A stretch of 63,410 nt of DNA, the filler included, from an uncultured Chlamydiae bacterium (GTDB taxonomy: Bacteria; Chlamydiota; Chlamydiia; Chlamydiales; SM23-39), in the NCBI GenBank assembly GCA_937899275.1. It is 7 parts of 7 records of this genome, joined end to end, with 100 filler letters (N's around TTAATTAATTAA, not from the genome) between each part and the next. Parts side by side here need not be neighbours in the genome. Positions count along the whole stretch, not along the records: positions 61,743 to 63,410 come from CALBPE010000058.1; 6 more parts are not named here. One strand, 5' to 3'. Below are positions 61,885-63,410 of this stretch, in pieces. Each line of letters begins with the position of its first letter. The first letter of the stretch is position 1. A program made the position numbers and the translations under genes. A model generated the notes under the pieces. It did not search any database, was not told the DNA's origin, and saw only the letters and a program-made list of their open reading frames with translations.

Positions 61885-62478
61885 CTACTTCTTTTTTACT
61901 ATCCCGATGGCCTTCATGGTTTCTTCTTGAAGCATATTTATGCTAGGCATATCTCTCAAAAATAAGTTCACAATTTCTTCTTTCTTGTATTCTTCCACAG
62001 CCTTCTCTGCGCAGCGGCGGTTAAAGGGGAGGTTACAATCGCCCCCTGTCTTATCCAGAATCTTCTTCAGAGATTGCGCTGCGGCACGGCGGCCACGCTC
62101 ACTCTTAACCTCTTTGAGCGCTTTGATTAGGAGCGGTACGGCCTCTTTGCACTCCTCTTCCGCCAGATATGACGCTGCAGCGATGCGTAAAAAAGTATCG
62201 TTTTGTTCTAGCGATCTCTTCAGTAAAAGTATTGCGTTCTTTTTACCACCTCTAGTCCCTGATTTACGGAGAAGTGTCAAGAGTTTATGCATTGTTTGGA
62301 ATACTTTCTGATCATGCGTCAATTGTTCCTCTGCATCATCCCATTTCGCTACCGTGAGGGTGGAGACTCTTTCTCCCATCTGGAGAGCAGTGCCGTTGCC
62401 ACCACAAGCATTTAACAAAAGTAATAGAGCGCCGCCGCGAGCGATACGCAGCCAAGAGAAAGATATAAATTTATGCAT
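61885..62478 (-). CDS. Putative lipoprotein with HEAT-like repeats
   Basis: Lipobox LLNAC; LR.AAA.YL....AVP.LI.AL and R.AAA.SL HEAT_2 pattern. Confidence 0.65.
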   Translation of the reverse strand: MHKFISFSWLRIARGGALLLLLNACGGNGTALQMGERVSTLTVAKWDDAEEQLTHDQKVFQTMHKLLTLLRKSGTRGGKKNAILLLKRSLEQNDTFLRIAAASYLAEEECKEAVPLLIKALKEVKSERGRRAAAQSLKKILDKTGGDCNLPFNRRCAEKAVEEYKKEEIVNLFLRDMPSINMLQEETMKAIGIVKKK

Positions 62479-62648
62479 AGTGAAAATGTTTTAATGATGC
62501 AATATTGCCCCGCAAAGGTAGTAAAATACGGCCATCTTTCCAAGAAATGTGCAATAAACAATCTCTCGTCTGCGAGGAAATCTTGCTTTTCTGTGTGCTT
62601 TGGGCGTAAAGGGAGCTCTCCGGTGTATGGCGCAGGAGCCTTAAACCA

Positions 62649-62677
62649 CATAAAGCGCTGATAATCAGCGCTTTATG
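62649..62677. terminator. Perfect hairpin 3' of the tRNA fragment
   Basis: CATAAAGCGCTGAT-A-ATCAGCGCTTTATG. Confidence 0.65.
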
Positions 62678-62681
62678 GAGG

Positions 62682-62726
62682 GTGATTCCGGAAGGATTCG
62701 AACCTTCAACCTACTGCTTAGAAGGC
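62682..62726 (-). mobile_element. att site: 3' half of tRNA-Arg(TCT)
   Basis: Minus strand GCCTTCTAAGCAGTAGGTTGAAGGTTCGAATCCTTCCGGAATCAC; 5' half absent and anticodon stem mismatched. Confidence 0.8.
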
Positions 62727-62872
62727 GGTATTTATCTACTTCTATCACTACCCCCTTACTACTATTTTATTCGTTTACAGTCATTATAGGGGCTTTTTTG
62801 TTTGTACTGTATTCCACAACTTTTCGTTATTTGCCAACAATTTTGTAAACTATAAGTAAACCACTGAGCCGC

Positions 62873-63410
62873 ATGCCTCTCAAGATTGCCGTTGTCCTCT
62901 ACAAGTCCAAGCTACTCAGCAACGGTGAGCATCCGCTGATGCTAAGGGTGACTCAAAATAGTAAAAGAAAGTATGTTTCTTTGGGGCTCTCTTGTCCTGC
63001 CCACCTTTGGGATGAGAAGAAGCATACGCCTAAAAGGACGCATCCTAATAGAGAGCTCATAAGAGCGATCATTCGCCAGAAAGAGACGATGTATCACCAG
63101 GCGTTGTTAGATGATAAGCAGGCTGGCAGCTCGCCAGAAGCTCTTATCAAATCCGTAGAAAGGCCTCACAAAGCCCCGGCTTTTTTCTCTTTCCTCCAAG
63201 AGCTCATCGAGCGCATGGTCCACGCTGGCAAGGTTGGTAATGCCAACGTGTATAAAGATTTGAAAAGAACCCTGAAGCGCTTCACCGACAAGCCAACGCT
63301 TCTCTTTACCGATATCGACCAGCGTTTTCTCAACAAGTATGAAGTTTTTTTGAGAAACAAAGGCCTGGCAGACACCTCTATGTCGGTCTACTTCAGAACC
63401 CTGCGTGCTG
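62873..63410 (+). CDS. Tyrosine integrase of Bacteroidota type (Arm-DNA-bind_5 and SAM-like domains), partial; missing from the ORF track
   Basis: MPLKIAVVLYKSKLLSNGEHPLMLRVTQNSKRKYVSLG...WD...HPN...LLFTDIDQRFLNKYEVFL...L.DTSMSVYFRTLRA, open to the window end. Confidence 0.85.
   Translation, partial: MPLKIAVVLYKSKLLSNGEHPLMLRVTQNSKRKYVSLGLSCPAHLWDEKKHTPKRTHPNRELIRAIIRQKETMYHQALLDDKQAGSSPEALIKSVERPHKAPAFFSFLQELIERMVHAGKVGNANVYKDLKRTLKRFTDKPTLLFTDIDQRFLNKYEVFLRNKGLADTSMSVYFRTLRA

Overview
The window is seven contig pieces joined by an artificial 100-bp linker (44 N, TTAATTAATTAA, 44 N) at 4195-4294, 21380-21479, 37566-37665, 53729-53828, 57517-57616 and 61643-61742, so adjacency across a linker means nothing. 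Pieces 1-6 look like an environmental Chlamydiota genome: CT015-CT016-CT017-like synteny, rmuC-pssA-nrdA with NrdR boxes, hctA, a MOMP-like porin, Tsp, cyoABCDE, hprK-ptsH-ptsI, tRNA-Phe and many Inc/effector-like genes. Piece 7 looks like Bacteroidota DNA (integrase next to a tRNA-Arg att fragment). The best candidate for a new system is split between two contigs. The end of piece 1 and the reverse complement of the end of piece 3 both break inside the same kind of G-X-T collagen repeat. Joined, they give one co-oriented locus: TPR/GH130-like propeller, stand-alone inverse-autotransporter barrel, Thr-rich BclA-like collagen, GT92-like protein, secreted propeller-FN3 protein and GT2-TPR, with a convergent pyruvyltransferase. 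Nearly all of these proteins carry N-terminal export signals, which suggests a collagen glycofibre export and extracytoplasmic glycosylation system. Other points: a Zur-box-controlled zinc islet alongside a nonsense-interrupted native znuA, a kinase/pseudokinase effector pair between two AAA-DUF4143 genes that each have tandem palindromic operators, IS605, IS256 and IS3 relics, a tRNA-Leu att scar, a photolyase and several young pseudogenes. All family calls come from motif recognition by eye; no database search was run.
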